Below, one piece after another: positions 12,277 to 21,155 of a stretch of 64,000 nucleotides of DNA. Made by a program: the position numbers and the translations under genes. Every line of letters begins with the position of its first letter. Position 1 is the stretch's first letter. The notes beneath the pieces are model-generated. The model was not told where the DNA came from, made no database searches, and was given only the letters and a program-made list of their open reading frames with translations. The stretch is from Chloroflexota bacterium (lineage in GTDB: Bacteria; Chloroflexota; Limnocylindria; Limnocylindrales; CSP1-4): the NCBI GenBank assembly GCA_034436555.1, contig DAOTUU010000033.1, positions 259,720 through 323,719 of the forward strand, in the 5' to 3' direction.

Positions 12277-13037
12277 CACAGTCGTCGTCGGCCCAGGCGA
12301 CCCATGGACCCATCATCGAGGTGGTCGAGGTCCACAAGTGGTTCGGCGACCATCACGTGCTGCGGGGCGTCTCGCTGGAGGTGATGCCCAGCGAGGTGGT
12401 GGTCATCTTCGGGCCGTCCGGGAGCGGCAAGAGCACCCTCATCCGGACCATCAACCGGCTCGAGACGCACCAGCGGGGCCGCATCGTGGTGGATGGCATC
12501 GAGCTCACGAACGACATCCGCAACATCGCCCAGGTGCGTCGCGAGATCGGCATGGTGTTCCAGCAGTTCAACCTGTTCCCGCACCTCACGGTGCTGGACA
12601 ACGTGACGCTCGCACCGGTCCAGGTGCGCGGCTGGAAGGCGGAGCGCGCACGGACCGTGGCGATGGAGCTGCTCACCCGCGTGGGCATCCCGGAGCAGGC
12701 GGGCAAGTACCCCGCCCAGCTGTCGGGCGGCCAGCAGCAGCGCGTGGCGATCGCGCGGGCGCTCGCGATGCAGCCGCGCATCATGCTGTTCGACGAGCCC
12801 ACCTCCGCGCTCGATCCGGAGATGATCAACGAGGTCCTGGAGGTGATGCGGGAGCTCGCCGCGAGCGGCATGACGATGCTGTGCGTGACCCACGAGATGG
12901 GGTTCGCGCGCGCCGTCGCGGACCGGATGGTGTTCATGGACGAGGGGTCGATCGTGGAGGTCGGCCCGCCGTCGCGCATCTTCGAGGCGCCCGCGGAGGA
13001 GCGCACCCGCCGGTTCCTCCAGCAGATCCGCCACTGA
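12273..13037 (+). CDS. aapP: Amino acid ABC transporter ATP-binding protein (AapP/GlnQ-like)
   Basis: ATG 12273 overlaps the permease stop (ATGA). Walker [10 protein letters not shown], signature [14 protein letters not shown], Walker [13 protein letters not shown]-loop CVTHEM. Confidence 0.9.
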   Translation: MTQSSSAQATHGPIIEVVEVHKWFGDHHVLRGVSLEVMPSEVVVIFGPSGSGKSTLIRTINRLETHQRGRIVVDGIELTNDIRNIAQVRREIGMVFQQFNLFPHLTVLDNVTLAPVQVRGWKAERARTVAMELLTRVGIPEQAGKYPAQLSGGQQQRVAIARALAMQPRIMLFDEPTSALDPEMINEVLEVMRELAASGMTMLCVTHEMGFARAVADRMVFMDEGSIVEVGPPSRIFEAPAEERTRRFLQQIRH

Positions 13038-13044
13038 CCGCCGG

Positions 13045-13245
13045 GGTCCGGCGCGAGGGCCACCGGCGCGTGGGCCACCGGCGCGTGGGCGCGTGGCCCT
13101 CCGCCCGTGCGTGGCCCGCCGCCCGTGCGTGGCGCGCTCCGCCCGTGCCACCACCGGTGGCGAATCTCCACGACTCGTGGAATCTCGCCACGCGTCGTGG
13201 AATCTGTCCACGACTCGTGGAGACCGTCCACGCGCGGCGTCGCTC
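13045..13245. repeat. Intergenic repeat array: 2x CCACCGGCGCGTGGG, 3x CCGCCCGTGCGTGGC, then about 4 tandem ~19-bp units each carrying the palindrome CCACGA-N-TCGTGG
   Basis: Read directly in the 244-bp gap between the convergent aapP and aspS genes. Confidence 0.6.
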
Positions 13246-13280
13246 CGCGACACACGGCGGGGATGGAGCCGTCCGGGGCG

Positions 13281-15131
13281 TCAGGCGGTCGGAGGCTCCC
13301 CATCGGGTGTCCTGGGCGCGAGCGCCAGGCCCAGCTCCGCCAGCTGCGCCATCTCGATCTCAGAGGGCGCGCCGAGCATCAGGTCGGATCCGGAGCTCGT
13401 CTTGGGGAACGCCATCACCTCCCGGATGTTCGTCTGGTCCGTGAGCAGGGCCGCCCAGCGGTCCACCCCCAGGGCGATCCCGCCGTGCGGTGGCGCGCCG
13501 TATTCGAACGCCTCGAGGATGCCGCTGAACTTGGCCTCCTGCTGTTCCGGGGAGTGACCCATCAGCGCGAACGAGCTGGACAGCCTCTCTCGCGTGTGGA
13601 ACCGCACCGAGCCGCCGCCCAGCTCCCAGCCGTTGAGCGCCAGGTCGTACTGCTGCGCGCGGGCACGACCGGCCGGATCATCGGGGCCGGGCCGGAAGGG
13701 ATCGCCGCTCGCGGTCACGAGCAACTCCTCGTCCTCCGGCAGCACACCGCTGAACGGGTTGTGGGTGGCGTCCCAGCGACCGTTGTCGGCGTCCCACTGG
13801 TACATCGGGAACTGATGCACCCAGACATACGCGAGCACCGCGGGATCGCCCAGGCCCAGGCGCGTCGCGACCTCGATGCGCACCTTGCCCAGCGCCTCCT
13901 GGGCATGCACGTCGCGGTCGGCGACGATGAGCGCAAGGTCACCCGGCAGCGCCCCGCAGGCCTCCGCGATCGCCCGGGCACGCCCGGCGCCCACGATCTT
14001 CACGATCGAGCCGCGCACCTCGGTCCCTGAATCCGCGGGCAGCGCGACCCACACGAGGCCGCGCGCACCGCCCTTCCGGGCGACCTCGGTCAGCTCATCG
14101 ATCTCCTTGCGGGTCGCGCCGCCCATGCCGGGCGCGGCGATGCCCATCACGCGGCCGCCGCCCGCGAGCGCGTCCTCGAACACGCCGAACCCCGACCCCC
14201 CGACCGCGGCGGCGAGGTCGTGCAGCTCCACGCCGTAGCGCAGGTCGGGCTTGTCGATGCCGAATCGGTCGATCGCCTCGCGCCACGTCAGTCGCGGGAA
14301 CGGGACCTGCGCGATGGGTCGCCCCGGGGTGACGGCCTGGCTGACCGCGATGGCCATCTCCTCCACCCAGGCCATCACGTCCTCCTCCCCGACGAAGCTC
14401 ATCTCCAGGTCCAGCTGGGTGAACTCCGGCTGGCGGTCTCCCCGCAGGTCCTCGTCACGGAAGCAGCGCGCGATCTGGAAGTAGCGGTCCATGCCCGCCA
14501 CCATCAGCAGCTGCTTGAGCTGCTGGGGCGACTGGGGCAGCGCGTACACGTTGCCCGGCTGGAGCCGCGACGGCACCACGAAATCCCGGGCACCCTCCGG
14601 CGTGGACTTGATGAGCAGCGGCGTCTCCACCTCCACGAATCCCGCGGCATGGTGCGCCTCGCGGATCGCCTGGACCAGGCGACCGCGCGCCAGGATGCGC
14701 TTCTGGAGCGGCTCGCGACGCAGATCCAGGTAGCGGTAGCGCAGCCGGATGGACTCGTCGACCGGGGCATCGGGGTCGTTGATCAGGAACGGCGTGTTGC
14801 GAGCGGTCGACAGGATCCGGATGCCGCTCGCGCGAAGCTCCACGTCCCCCGTGGCCAGCCTGGGATTGTGCGTCCCCTCCAGGCGCTCCGCGATCCGGCC
14901 GGTCACCTGGAGCACGAACTCCGAGCGCACCCCGGAGGCGACCGCGTGCGCCTCGGGCGCCTCCTCGGCGTCGAGCACCACCTGGGTGATGCCGTACCGG
15001 TCCCGCAGGTCGATGAAGATCAGCTGGCCCAGGTCTCGGCGACGGTGGACCCAGCCCGACAGGGAGACGGTGCGGCCGACGTGCTCGGGGCGCGCGTCGG
15101 CGCAGGTGAGATCGCGGTAGGAGGTCTTCAT
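13281..15131 (-). CDS. aspS: Aspartyl-tRNA synthetase
   Basis: MKTSYRDLTCADARPEHVGRTVSLSGWVHRRRDLGQLIFIDLRDRYGITQVV (OB anticodon-binding fold). Class II motifs FRDEDLRGDRQPEFTQLDLE and GGGSVRFH. ATG at 15131. Confidence 0.9.
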   Translation of the reverse strand: MKTSYRDLTCADARPEHVGRTVSLSGWVHRRRDLGQLIFIDLRDRYGITQVVLDAEEAPEAHAVASGVRSEFVLQVTGRIAERLEGTHNPRLATGDVELRASGIRILSTARNTPFLINDPDAPVDESIRLRYRYLDLRREPLQKRILARGRLVQAIREAHHAAGFVEVETPLLIKSTPEGARDFVVPSRLQPGNVYALPQSPQQLKQLLMVAGMDRYFQIARCFRDEDLRGDRQPEFTQLDLEMSFVGEEDVMAWVEEMAIAVSQAVTPGRPIAQVPFPRLTWREAIDRFGIDKPDLRYGVELHDLAAAVGGSGFGVFEDALAGGGRVMGIAAPGMGGATRKEIDELTEVARKGGARGLVWVALPADSGTEVRGSIVKIVGAGRARAIAEACGALPGDLALIVADRDVHAQEALGKVRIEVATRLGLGDPAVLAYVWVHQFPMYQWDADNGRWDATHNPFSGVLPEDEELLVTASGDPFRPGPDDPAGRARAQQYDLALNGWELGGGSVRFHTRERLSSSFALMGHSPEQQEAKFSGILEAFEYGAPPHGGIALGVDRWAALLTDQTNIREVMAFPKTSSGSDLMLGAPSEIEMAQLAELGLALAPRTPDGEPPTA

Positions 15132-15429
15132 GAGGTCCCCATGGTACGGGAGGTCGATGGGGCCCGATCGGCGACCCGGTGGTGGAAGTCGCGGCGGTCG
15201 AGCGTCGGAGACCGCCGCCGCACCGCGATCGAGTACCGTCGGCGATGGCGCGCAGCTCGGAGTCGCGGGCGCGCGTCCGCGATCAGGATGCGATCGTCGA
15301 GCGTGGCAACTCAGGGCGCACGGGATTCGTGGCGGGGTCGGCACTCCAACCCGCTGCGCAGCGAAGGTTGCGACGCTGCTCGACCCTGCGCCAAGGCATC
15401 CGTCCTATGTCACGGGGCGAGCCGAGCAA

Positions 15430-16113
15430 TCAGGGATAGTCGCCGGGCTGCCCCACCCTTCGCCGCGACACGGTAAGCCAGGCCAGGGCGAAAGAGGCCA
15501 CGAAGACTGCGCTCAACCTCCATAGAGTGTCGGGCCTCGATGTTTCGCGACCCCGGACGGTGGCCATAGCCGTCGGCGGTAGTTGGCCAGCGCCGACAAG
15601 AGACAGGGCATCCTGGAGGTCATGAACGTCCCACACGTCTGGATAGAGCCTTCGGGGTAGCTCGAACGCCACGAGTTCCACGCCATCCCCATCCAGCTCC
15701 CACGCGACCGTATTCCCGGCGTCAGGTGCCGCGAGATCAGCCGAGGAGACGAGGTACGTGCGACCTTCAACGAATGCGTTCAGCCCGTGGCAGGCGATGA
15801 CCTCGTATGTCACGGGGTCGTGCGCCACTGAACCGCGCACGACTCGCTCCACGCTCCAGCGGTGTTGCCGCGGGAAGGCGCCCGAATCATCCCCTTGGAA
15901 CGTGCCGATGAACGCATCGCCGGTGGCACTAGCGATGCGCATCGGCGCTCTGCGCTGGAGATCGCAGTCGGCGGCTACCGGCACCGAAAGGAGCATCACT
16001 CCGACCACCCCGCCCGCGACTGCTACCCACAGTGACCGAACGCTGCGAGGTGCGATCTTCACGAGCAGGCTACTGGGTGCACTGTGAGAGGCCTGAAACG
16101 CATACGTGGACAT
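15430..16113 (-). CDS. Hypothetical protein with an N-terminal signal/TM segment and a C-terminal TM anchor; lower GC than its surroundings
   Basis: ATG 16113 with GGGAG upstream (alternative GTG at 16062). KIAPRSVRSLWVAVAGGVVGVMLLSVPVAADCD signal-like. C-terminal LWRLSAVFVASFALAWLTV. The rest of ORF 15430..16800 overlaps the protease gene out of frame and was rejected. Confidence 0.5.
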   Translation of the reverse strand: MSTYAFQASHSAPSSLLVKIAPRSVRSLWVAVAGGVVGVMLLSVPVAADCDLQRRAPMRIASATGDAFIGTFQGDDSGAFPRQHRWSVERVVRGSVAHDPVTYEVIACHGLNAFVEGRTYLVSSADLAAPDAGNTVAWELDGDGVELVAFELPRRLYPDVWDVHDLQDALSLVGAGQLPPTAMATVRGRETSRPDTLWRLSAVFVASFALAWLTVSRRRVGQPGDYP

Positions 16114-17332
16114 CGAAGAGATCTCCCGTCCAGGATTGGTGGCGCGCATACCCCTCGTCCCCGGAGTGATCGCTCTCCCAGGGCTCGCAGTCATCGTCGT
16201 TCGGAATCGAGCGGCACCCAGACTGGATGCCGTAGATGGTGTGCCCGTAGAAGACAGGACCACCACTGTCACCGCCGGCCCACTGGTAGTAGCCCAACGC
16301 CTGTAGGTATAGCCAGACGTTTGTGGACTCGTTGAATGAGGCATACGTCGTGGTGATGACCTTGTCGGCGGCCCCGTAGCCGGTGGTCCTTCCGGACAGC
16401 CGGACTTTGGTCCCGGCGACTGCGCTTCCAACAGCGTCGATCGCCCACGCCTTCTCGTCGTTGCTGCGGTAGATCTTGTGTCCCTCCCACGCTTGGATGT
16501 CGCCCAAGCCGAGAATTGCGAAATCCGTGTAGCTGGTGGAGAAGTACGCATTCTTCTGCACACCTCCAAAGTCGTGGCCGTTCTGGTCGTGCCACTGGTC
16601 GCCGCCGGTGGCGTTGAAGCAGTGACCCGCGGACAGCATTCGAATCGCTCCGCCAGCTTTCCACGCGACAGCTCCCGTCGTGCAATCGTGGGAGCCGATG
16701 GTGAGCCCGCCTCTGGTCGGTGCTTGCCAGCAGTCATGTCGAGAGTTACATGCGGTATTCTGGGATCCTCTCCCCTCGACGACACGAACGAGACCGGCAT
16801 TGAACTCCGCCTCGGTCATCGCGCGGACAGCACCGATTTGGTTTCTGGGCGCCTCGACCTGGACGATGTTGTCCGCACCCCAGATCCCGAAGCCAACGAT
16901 GTCGGAGGCTCGCTGGTCCGACCGAGATGTCCAGTCCATCAACTTGCCCAGTACACCGTCAAGGGCTGCCTGGGAGTTTGGGACCACCTCGAACCTCGAC
17001 TCCACAAAGCCGGGAAGGGCGTCGCGAGCAGCGTCCCGCTGAGGCGCGGTAGTAGTCTCAAGAACCTGGATGACGACTCTGGGCGATGGTATGTCCTCGA
17101 TGTAGATACCGCCGTAGTCGCGCGGGGCAGACTCAATCAGCTCCACCAACGGACCGACTGAGTTCTGAACCTTTTCACGGAACAGCTCGTCATCTATCGA
17201 GCCGACCATCGTCTGAGCAATCCATTCTGCCGGTACCGCGGACGCGTCTCTGGCCCCCATGACCACGGATGCGCCGATCAGCAGGAGGCATGACGAAGCC
17301 GCGACCGCAAGTCCCGGCCGACGAGTTGCCAT
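16070..17332 (-). CDS. Secreted S1 family serine protease, alpha-lytic protease/streptogrisin-like, with N-terminal pro-region
   Basis: LSAGHC (His), GDSGGP (Ser), multiple Cys pairs. Signal peptide MATRRPGLAVAASSCLLLIGASVVMGARDASA. GGAGG 6 nt upstream of ATG 17332. GC3 is clearly lower than in flanking housekeeping genes. Confidence 0.8.
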   Translation of the reverse strand: MATRRPGLAVAASSCLLLIGASVVMGARDASAVPAEWIAQTMVGSIDDELFREKVQNSVGPLVELIESAPRDYGGIYIEDIPSPRVVIQVLETTTAPQRDAARDALPGFVESRFEVVPNSQAALDGVLGKLMDWTSRSDQRASDIVGFGIWGADNIVQVEAPRNQIGAVRAMTEAEFNAGLVRVVEGRGSQNTACNSRHDCWQAPTRGGLTIGSHDCTTGAVAWKAGGAIRMLSAGHCFNATGGDQWHDQNGHDFGGVQKNAYFSTSYTDFAILGLGDIQAWEGHKIYRSNDEKAWAIDAVGSAVAGTKVRLSGRTTGYGAADKVITTTYASFNESTNVWLYLQALGYYQWAGGDSGGPVFYGHTIYGIQSGCRSIPNDDDCEPWESDHSGDEGYARHQSWTGDLFDVHVCVSGLSQCTQ

Positions 17333-17705
17333 TGCTGCCCTCCTGTGTATGGAGCGTGCCCTCACGATTGGCTGCCCCGAACGATATCACCGTCGTTAAC
17401 GCACGGACAACGGCGAGGTCAAGGCGGCGCGGCAGGCAGTGGAGCACCGTTGGGACGCAGGTTGGCGTCGGGCGTGGCGCCTGCATGCAAAGAGGCCCAG
17501 GCGGCTCTCAGGTGACGGATCGGCTGCGATGAAATCTGCCGAGTCATCGACTTCGTTGCGGGGCGCACCTCGCATCACGGCCGATCCTGATTGGGTGCTG
17601 GTGAGCATCGATTCCTTGGCGCCTAGCGCTTCGGTCGCTCGCCGCAGCCGCCCTCCGGCGTCCCGTGTCGGAACCTGTCAAGTCGGATGAGACACGCGGT
17701 GTCGA

Positions 17706-18713
17706 TCAGGTCTGTGCAGGCGGCTCCTTCGGCGGGTTGATCCAGGCGGGTCCCGGCAGCCTCGGCGGCTCGGGGTGCCTGTTGACGAACCGCTCCGGAT
17801 GGGCGGCGTATGCGGCGTCCAGGACGAGGGCGCGCCGCTCGCGGACCAGGGTCGCTGTGCCGAGGTGGACCGAGGCGGGCGTGTGGTACCCGATGCCCGA
17901 GTGGCGATGCTCGTGGTTGTAGACGTCCATGAAGGGGCCCACGAACGCCCGCGCGTCCTCGATGCTCCCGAACCGCTCCGGGAAGCCGGGGCCGTGCTTG
18001 AGCGTCTTGAAGGCCGCCTCGCTGTAGGCGTTGTCGTTGGACACGCCCGGCCGACCGTGGGTGCGCCCGATGCGCAGGTCCGCCAGCAGCTGGGTCACGG
18101 GCTTGGAGGTCATCGGCGCGCCACGGTCGGCGTGGACCGTGAGGCGGCCGGGCTCGAAGGGTCCGTGGACCCGGACCAGGTCGGCGATCCAGCCGGCCAC
18201 GAGGTCGCCCCGCTCGTGGGGGACGACCATCCAGCCCGGGCAGTACCGGCTGTACAGGTCGAGCATCACGAACAGCCGGTACCAGACGCCCCTCCGGGGT
18301 CCGGGCAGCGCGGTCGCGTCGTAGGACCACACCCGGCACGGACCGTCGGCCACCAGCTCGGGGATCGTGCGGGGCGGATGGACCGCCTGGCGCCGGCGCT
18401 CGCGGACCCCGCCGTCGGCGCGCAGGATCCGGTACATCGTGGACTCGGACGCGAGGTACGTCCCCTCGTCGAGCAGCGTGGCCCACGCCTGGGCGGGCGC
18501 CCGGTCCACGAAGCGCTCCGAGCCGAGCACGTCCTTGACCGCCTCCCGCTCGTCCGGCGTCAGGGCGTTCGTCGGCGTCGGACGGGGGCGTGGCGGACCC
18601 TGGCGGGGCGGCAGGAGCCGGCGGTACCAGGTGGCGCGCGAGCGGCCCACCGCGGCACAGGCGCCCTTCGTGCCGACCAGCGGCAGGAGGTCGGCGAACG
18701 CGCTCTCGATCAC
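17706..18713 (-). CDS. IS3-family transposase OrfB (HTH_21 + DDE rve integrase core)
   Basis: CAAVGRSRATWYRRL (HTH_21), WSYDATAL (D), HADRGAPMTS (D), SNDNAYSEAAFKTLK (E). GTG 18713 with GGACGAGG upstream. The rest of ORF 17706..19490 overlaps the IS110 transposase gene and was rejected. Confidence 0.75.
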   Translation of the reverse strand: MIESAFADLLPLVGTKGACAAVGRSRATWYRRLLPPRQGPPRPRPTPTNALTPDEREAVKDVLGSERFVDRAPAQAWATLLDEGTYLASESTMYRILRADGGVRERRRQAVHPPRTIPELVADGPCRVWSYDATALPGPRRGVWYRLFVMLDLYSRYCPGWMVVPHERGDLVAGWIADLVRVHGPFEPGRLTVHADRGAPMTSKPVTQLLADLRIGRTHGRPGVSNDNAYSEAAFKTLKHGPGFPERFGSIEDARAFVGPFMDVYNHEHRHSGIGYHTPASVHLGTATLVRERRALVLDAAYAAHPERFVNRHPEPPRLPGPAWINPPKEPPAQT

Positions 18714-18779
18714 CGCGGCTGCCTCGTCCCCTCGTCGCCCTCGGCCAGCAGCCGCTCCAAGAGCTCCGATGCTAGCCTG

Positions 18780-20075
18780 AGAATCCCCAGGCTCGGCTCG
18801 ATCCCGATCAGGCGGCCTCGTCGAGGGTGACGTGGTAGCCAAGGGCCTCGAGGCGCTTGACCGTGCGCCGCACGGTCGCTGTCCGATCGCGCTGGTCGAA
18901 CCAGGTCGGGCCCAGCTCCTGGTACACGACACCGTCCCGGAGCAGGTGATACACGATGACCAGGATGGAGTGCCCGACCGCGACGGCCGCCCGGCCGGCG
19001 CCGCGCCGCGCGGCGATGCGCCGGTACTGGGCGGCGAGATAGGTGCCCTTCGTATGGGCGGCCGCGTGGGCCGCCTCGACGAGCGCGGTGCGGAGCCAGG
19101 CGTTGCCCGGGCCGGTCGCCCCGGATCGGCGCTTGCCGGCGCTCTCGTCGGTGCCAGGGCAGACCCGCGCCCAGGAGGCGAGGTGGGCTGCGGACGGGAA
19201 GCGGGACATGTCCGGGCCGATCTCCGCGAGGATGGCCTCAGCCGTCCGCAGCGCGACACCCGGGATGGAGTCGACGAGCGCCAGCGTGGCCCCGAAAGGG
19301 CGCATCCGCTCCGCCACCTCGGCCGACAGGGTCGCGATCTCAGCGTCCAGGAAGTCGATGTGCCGCAGCTGCGCCCCGAGCATCCGACGCTGGTGCTCGC
19401 CGAGCAGGCCGCGGAGCGCGGCCACGAGCCGGTCGTGCTTGGAGCGCAGTCGCCCGCGTGCGAGCCCCGCGAGCGCCTCGGCATCGTCACCCCCGGCCAC
19501 GATCGCCTCGAGCATCGCCCGCCCTGACACCCCCAGCAGGTCGGAGGCGACCGCGCCGAGCTTGATGTCGGCGCCCTCGAGGACCTTGTGCAGCCGCTGG
19601 ACCTCGCGGCCGCGCTCGTCGATCAGCCTGCGCCGGTGGCGCACGAGCTCGCGCTGGGCCCGGTCGGGGACGAAGCTGCCCCGCAGCAGGCCGTGGCGCA
19701 GCAGGTCGGCGACCCGCTCCGCGTCCCTCACGTCGGTCTTGCGTCCGGGCACCGCGCGCATGTGGCGGGCGTTCACGAGGAGCAGCTCGAGGCCGCCACC
19801 CTCGAGCAGGTTGTACACCGGCTTCCAGCAGACGCCGGTGCTCTCCATCGCGGCGTGGGTCACGCCCCGATCGGCGAGCCAGTCGGCCAGCTCGAGCAGG
19901 CCGGCGGTGACCGCACCGAACGTGCGCACCTCGCGGCCCTCGGGGGTGATGACGCAGGCGACCACCGTGTCCCGGTGGACGTCGAGCCCTGCGCAACGTT
20001 CGTGGAGCACCTCCATCGCGCACCTCCATCCGGTCTGGCGGTGGCGGGCTCGACGACCGGAGCGCGAGAATCTAG
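18780..20075 (-). mobile_element. IS110-family insertion sequence nested inside the IS3 element
   Basis: The transposase gene fills most of the element. Junctions carry TAGCCTG/AGAATC (18771-18784) and GAGAATC/TAGCCTG (20066-20079). Boundaries are approximate. Confidence 0.65.
18808..20016 (-). CDS. IS110-family transposase (DEDD N-terminal domain + C-terminal transposase_20 domain)
   Basis: MEVLHERCAGLDVHRDTVVACV (DEDD motif 1), ESTGVCWKP. C-terminal LRTALVEAAHAAAHTKGTYLAAQYRRIAARRG. GGAGGTG RBS 5 nt upstream of ATG 20016. Confidence 0.9.
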   Translation of the reverse strand: MEVLHERCAGLDVHRDTVVACVITPEGREVRTFGAVTAGLLELADWLADRGVTHAAMESTGVCWKPVYNLLEGGGLELLLVNARHMRAVPGRKTDVRDAERVADLLRHGLLRGSFVPDRAQRELVRHRRRLIDERGREVQRLHKVLEGADIKLGAVASDLLGVSGRAMLEAIVAGGDDAEALAGLARGRLRSKHDRLVAALRGLLGEHQRRMLGAQLRHIDFLDAEIATLSAEVAERMRPFGATLALVDSIPGVALRTAEAILAEIGPDMSRFPSAAHLASWARVCPGTDESAGKRRSGATGPGNAWLRTALVEAAHAAAHTKGTYLAAQYRRIAARRGAGRAAVAVGHSILVIVYHLLRDGVVYQELGPTWFDQRDRTATVRRTVKRLEALGYHVTLDEAA

Positions 20076-20181
20076 CCTGCGTGCTCCCCGGCGTGGGCCG
20101 GGGGCGACAATGGGTGGTGCCTGCGGTCGTCGGGGTCCAGACTTTTCACGGGCTGTCGGCACCAAGCGAGCACGGCCTCGA

Positions 20182-20568
20182 TCAACCCGCCACCGGCACC
20201 ATTCTCATCCACCGGGTGGTGCGGCGGAACGGCGCATCGATGACTTTTCCCTGGATGCCGATCACCAGGCGCGCCTTCGCCAGGTCCGCCTCGGCTCTCT
20301 CGGCCCTGCGGCGCAGTCGGGCCAGCTCGGCCTGCTCCGGGCTGGTCGCGCGAGGGCGGGGCCGCTGCCCCAGACCGGCGAGTGCGCCCGCGTCCCGGGC
20401 CCGGCGCCACTCCACGATGTGGGAGCTGTACAGGCCCTCGCGGCGCAGGAGCGAGCCCCGCGATCCGTCGGTCGGGGCGGCGTCGTACTCGGCCAGGATC
20501 GTCGCCTTGTACTCCGCGGTGAAGGTCCGGCGCACCGGGCGCTCGGGAGGGGTCGGGTCTCCGTCCAT
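20182..20568 (-). CDS. IS3-family transposase OrfA (HTH + leucine zipper)
   Basis: RRTFTAEYKATILAEY (IS3 OrfA HTH), LARLRRRAERAEADLAKARLVIGIQGK (zipper). Start uncertain (ATG at 20568, 20592 or 20613). Ends just after a GGGAAAA heptamer. Confidence 0.7.
   Translation of the reverse strand: MDGDPTPPERPVRRTFTAEYKATILAEYDAAPTDGSRGSLLRREGLYSSHIVEWRRARDAGALAGLGQRPRPRATSPEQAELARLRRRAERAEADLAKARLVIGIQGKVIDAPFRRTTRWMRMVPVAG
20245..20251 (-). other. Candidate -1 programmed ribosomal frameshift heptamer G GGA AAA (X XXY YYZ) at the 3' end of IS3 orfA
   Basis: Minus strand reads atc cag GGA AAA gtc in the orfA frame. The -1 frame continues open (…GLIEAVLAWCRQPVKSLDPDD…) until a TAG created at the IS110 junction. 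Confidence 0.45.
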
Positions 20569-20891
20569 GGCCGCATGATGCGCGCGCTCCATGGTCAGCG
20601 TCGTGATGCTCATGGTCGTCAGGCTGGTGTCCTTCTCGCCCTGTGGGATGACGGGTCGCTGCCCGTGTCTCACCCTATGCTGACAGACAGGGAAGCATGC
20701 AACCGCCGCTGGACAGAAGACTCCACCGCCAGCGTGTGCGATCGCGCCCTTCGCACGCTGCCCGCGCACCGCAAAGACCACGAGGCTGGCCTCGACCAGC
20801 GTCCGTCCCGGGCGCCGCCGAGGATTGCCGCGTCGCGCCGCTCCGCGCTGGTCGGGTGTGCCCCTTCGCGGCTTCGAACAGGTCGCCCCTG

Positions 20892-21155
20892 ATGGCACTA
20901 CATCATGCACAATGCAGCTATGGTGCATCGTGTGAGAACACCGTCGACCTTTCGCCCGCTGCGCGTGCATTGGAAGTCGCCGCAGCGCGGGGCATGTCGC
21001 TCTCGGCGACGATCGCGGACCTGACGTCACTGGGTCTGGAGCGCATGCGCGAACCGGTGACGCTGTCCATCGATGCGCAGTCTGGGTTCCCGGTGATGCG
21101 GTTCGGGTGGCGCATCACGAACGAGGATATCAGGGCCGCCCTGGACGACGAGTGA
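20892..21155 (+). CDS. Small ribbon-helix-helix-like protein, possible orphan antitoxin/regulator; low GC3
   Basis: VDLSPAARALEVAAARGMSLSATIADLTSLGLERMRE resembles RHH/CopG. Codon usage (gca cta cat cat gca caa tgc agc tat) is unlike the host genes. A weak call. Confidence 0.3.
   Translation: MALHHAQCSYGASCENTVDLSPAARALEVAAARGMSLSATIADLTSLGLERMREPVTLSIDAQSGFPVMRFGWRITNEDIRAALDDE

Larger units (their letters stand above)
17688..20672 (-). mobile_element. IS3-family insertion sequence (orfA + orfB) interrupted by a nested IS110-family element; approximate ends marked by inverted TGAGACACG termini
   Basis: TGAGACACG at 17688-17696 and its reverse complement CGTGTCTCA at 20664-20672. The orfB stop is about 10 nt from the left terminus. 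CCTGTC sub-terminal motif at both ends. No clean target-site duplication seen, so the exact ends are uncertain. Confidence 0.6.

Noticed and set aside
9655-12279. 874-aa minus-strand ORF across the aapQ/aapM permease genes
   Set aside because: Antisense artefact with an extreme R/G/H/Q composition. The plus-strand permeases have clear TM topology and ABC EAA loops
15132-15430. Possible T-box leader or tRNA-like element upstream of aspS
   Set aside because: GGGTGG and CGCGG motifs are present but in the wrong order and orientation for a T-box. A tRNA-like fold attempt gave a 6/7 acceptor stem but no credible D or anticodon arms
15430-16800. Full 456-aa ORF upstream of the hypothetical membrane protein
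   Set aside because: The N-terminal 229 aa overlap the protease gene in another frame and are Thr/Ser/Arg-rich. The gene was trimmed to the ATG at 16113
17706-19490. Full 594-aa ORF containing IS3 orfB
   Set aside because: The region above 18713 overlaps the IS110 transposase gene and translates to low-complexity sequence. The transposase homology starts at the GTG at 18713
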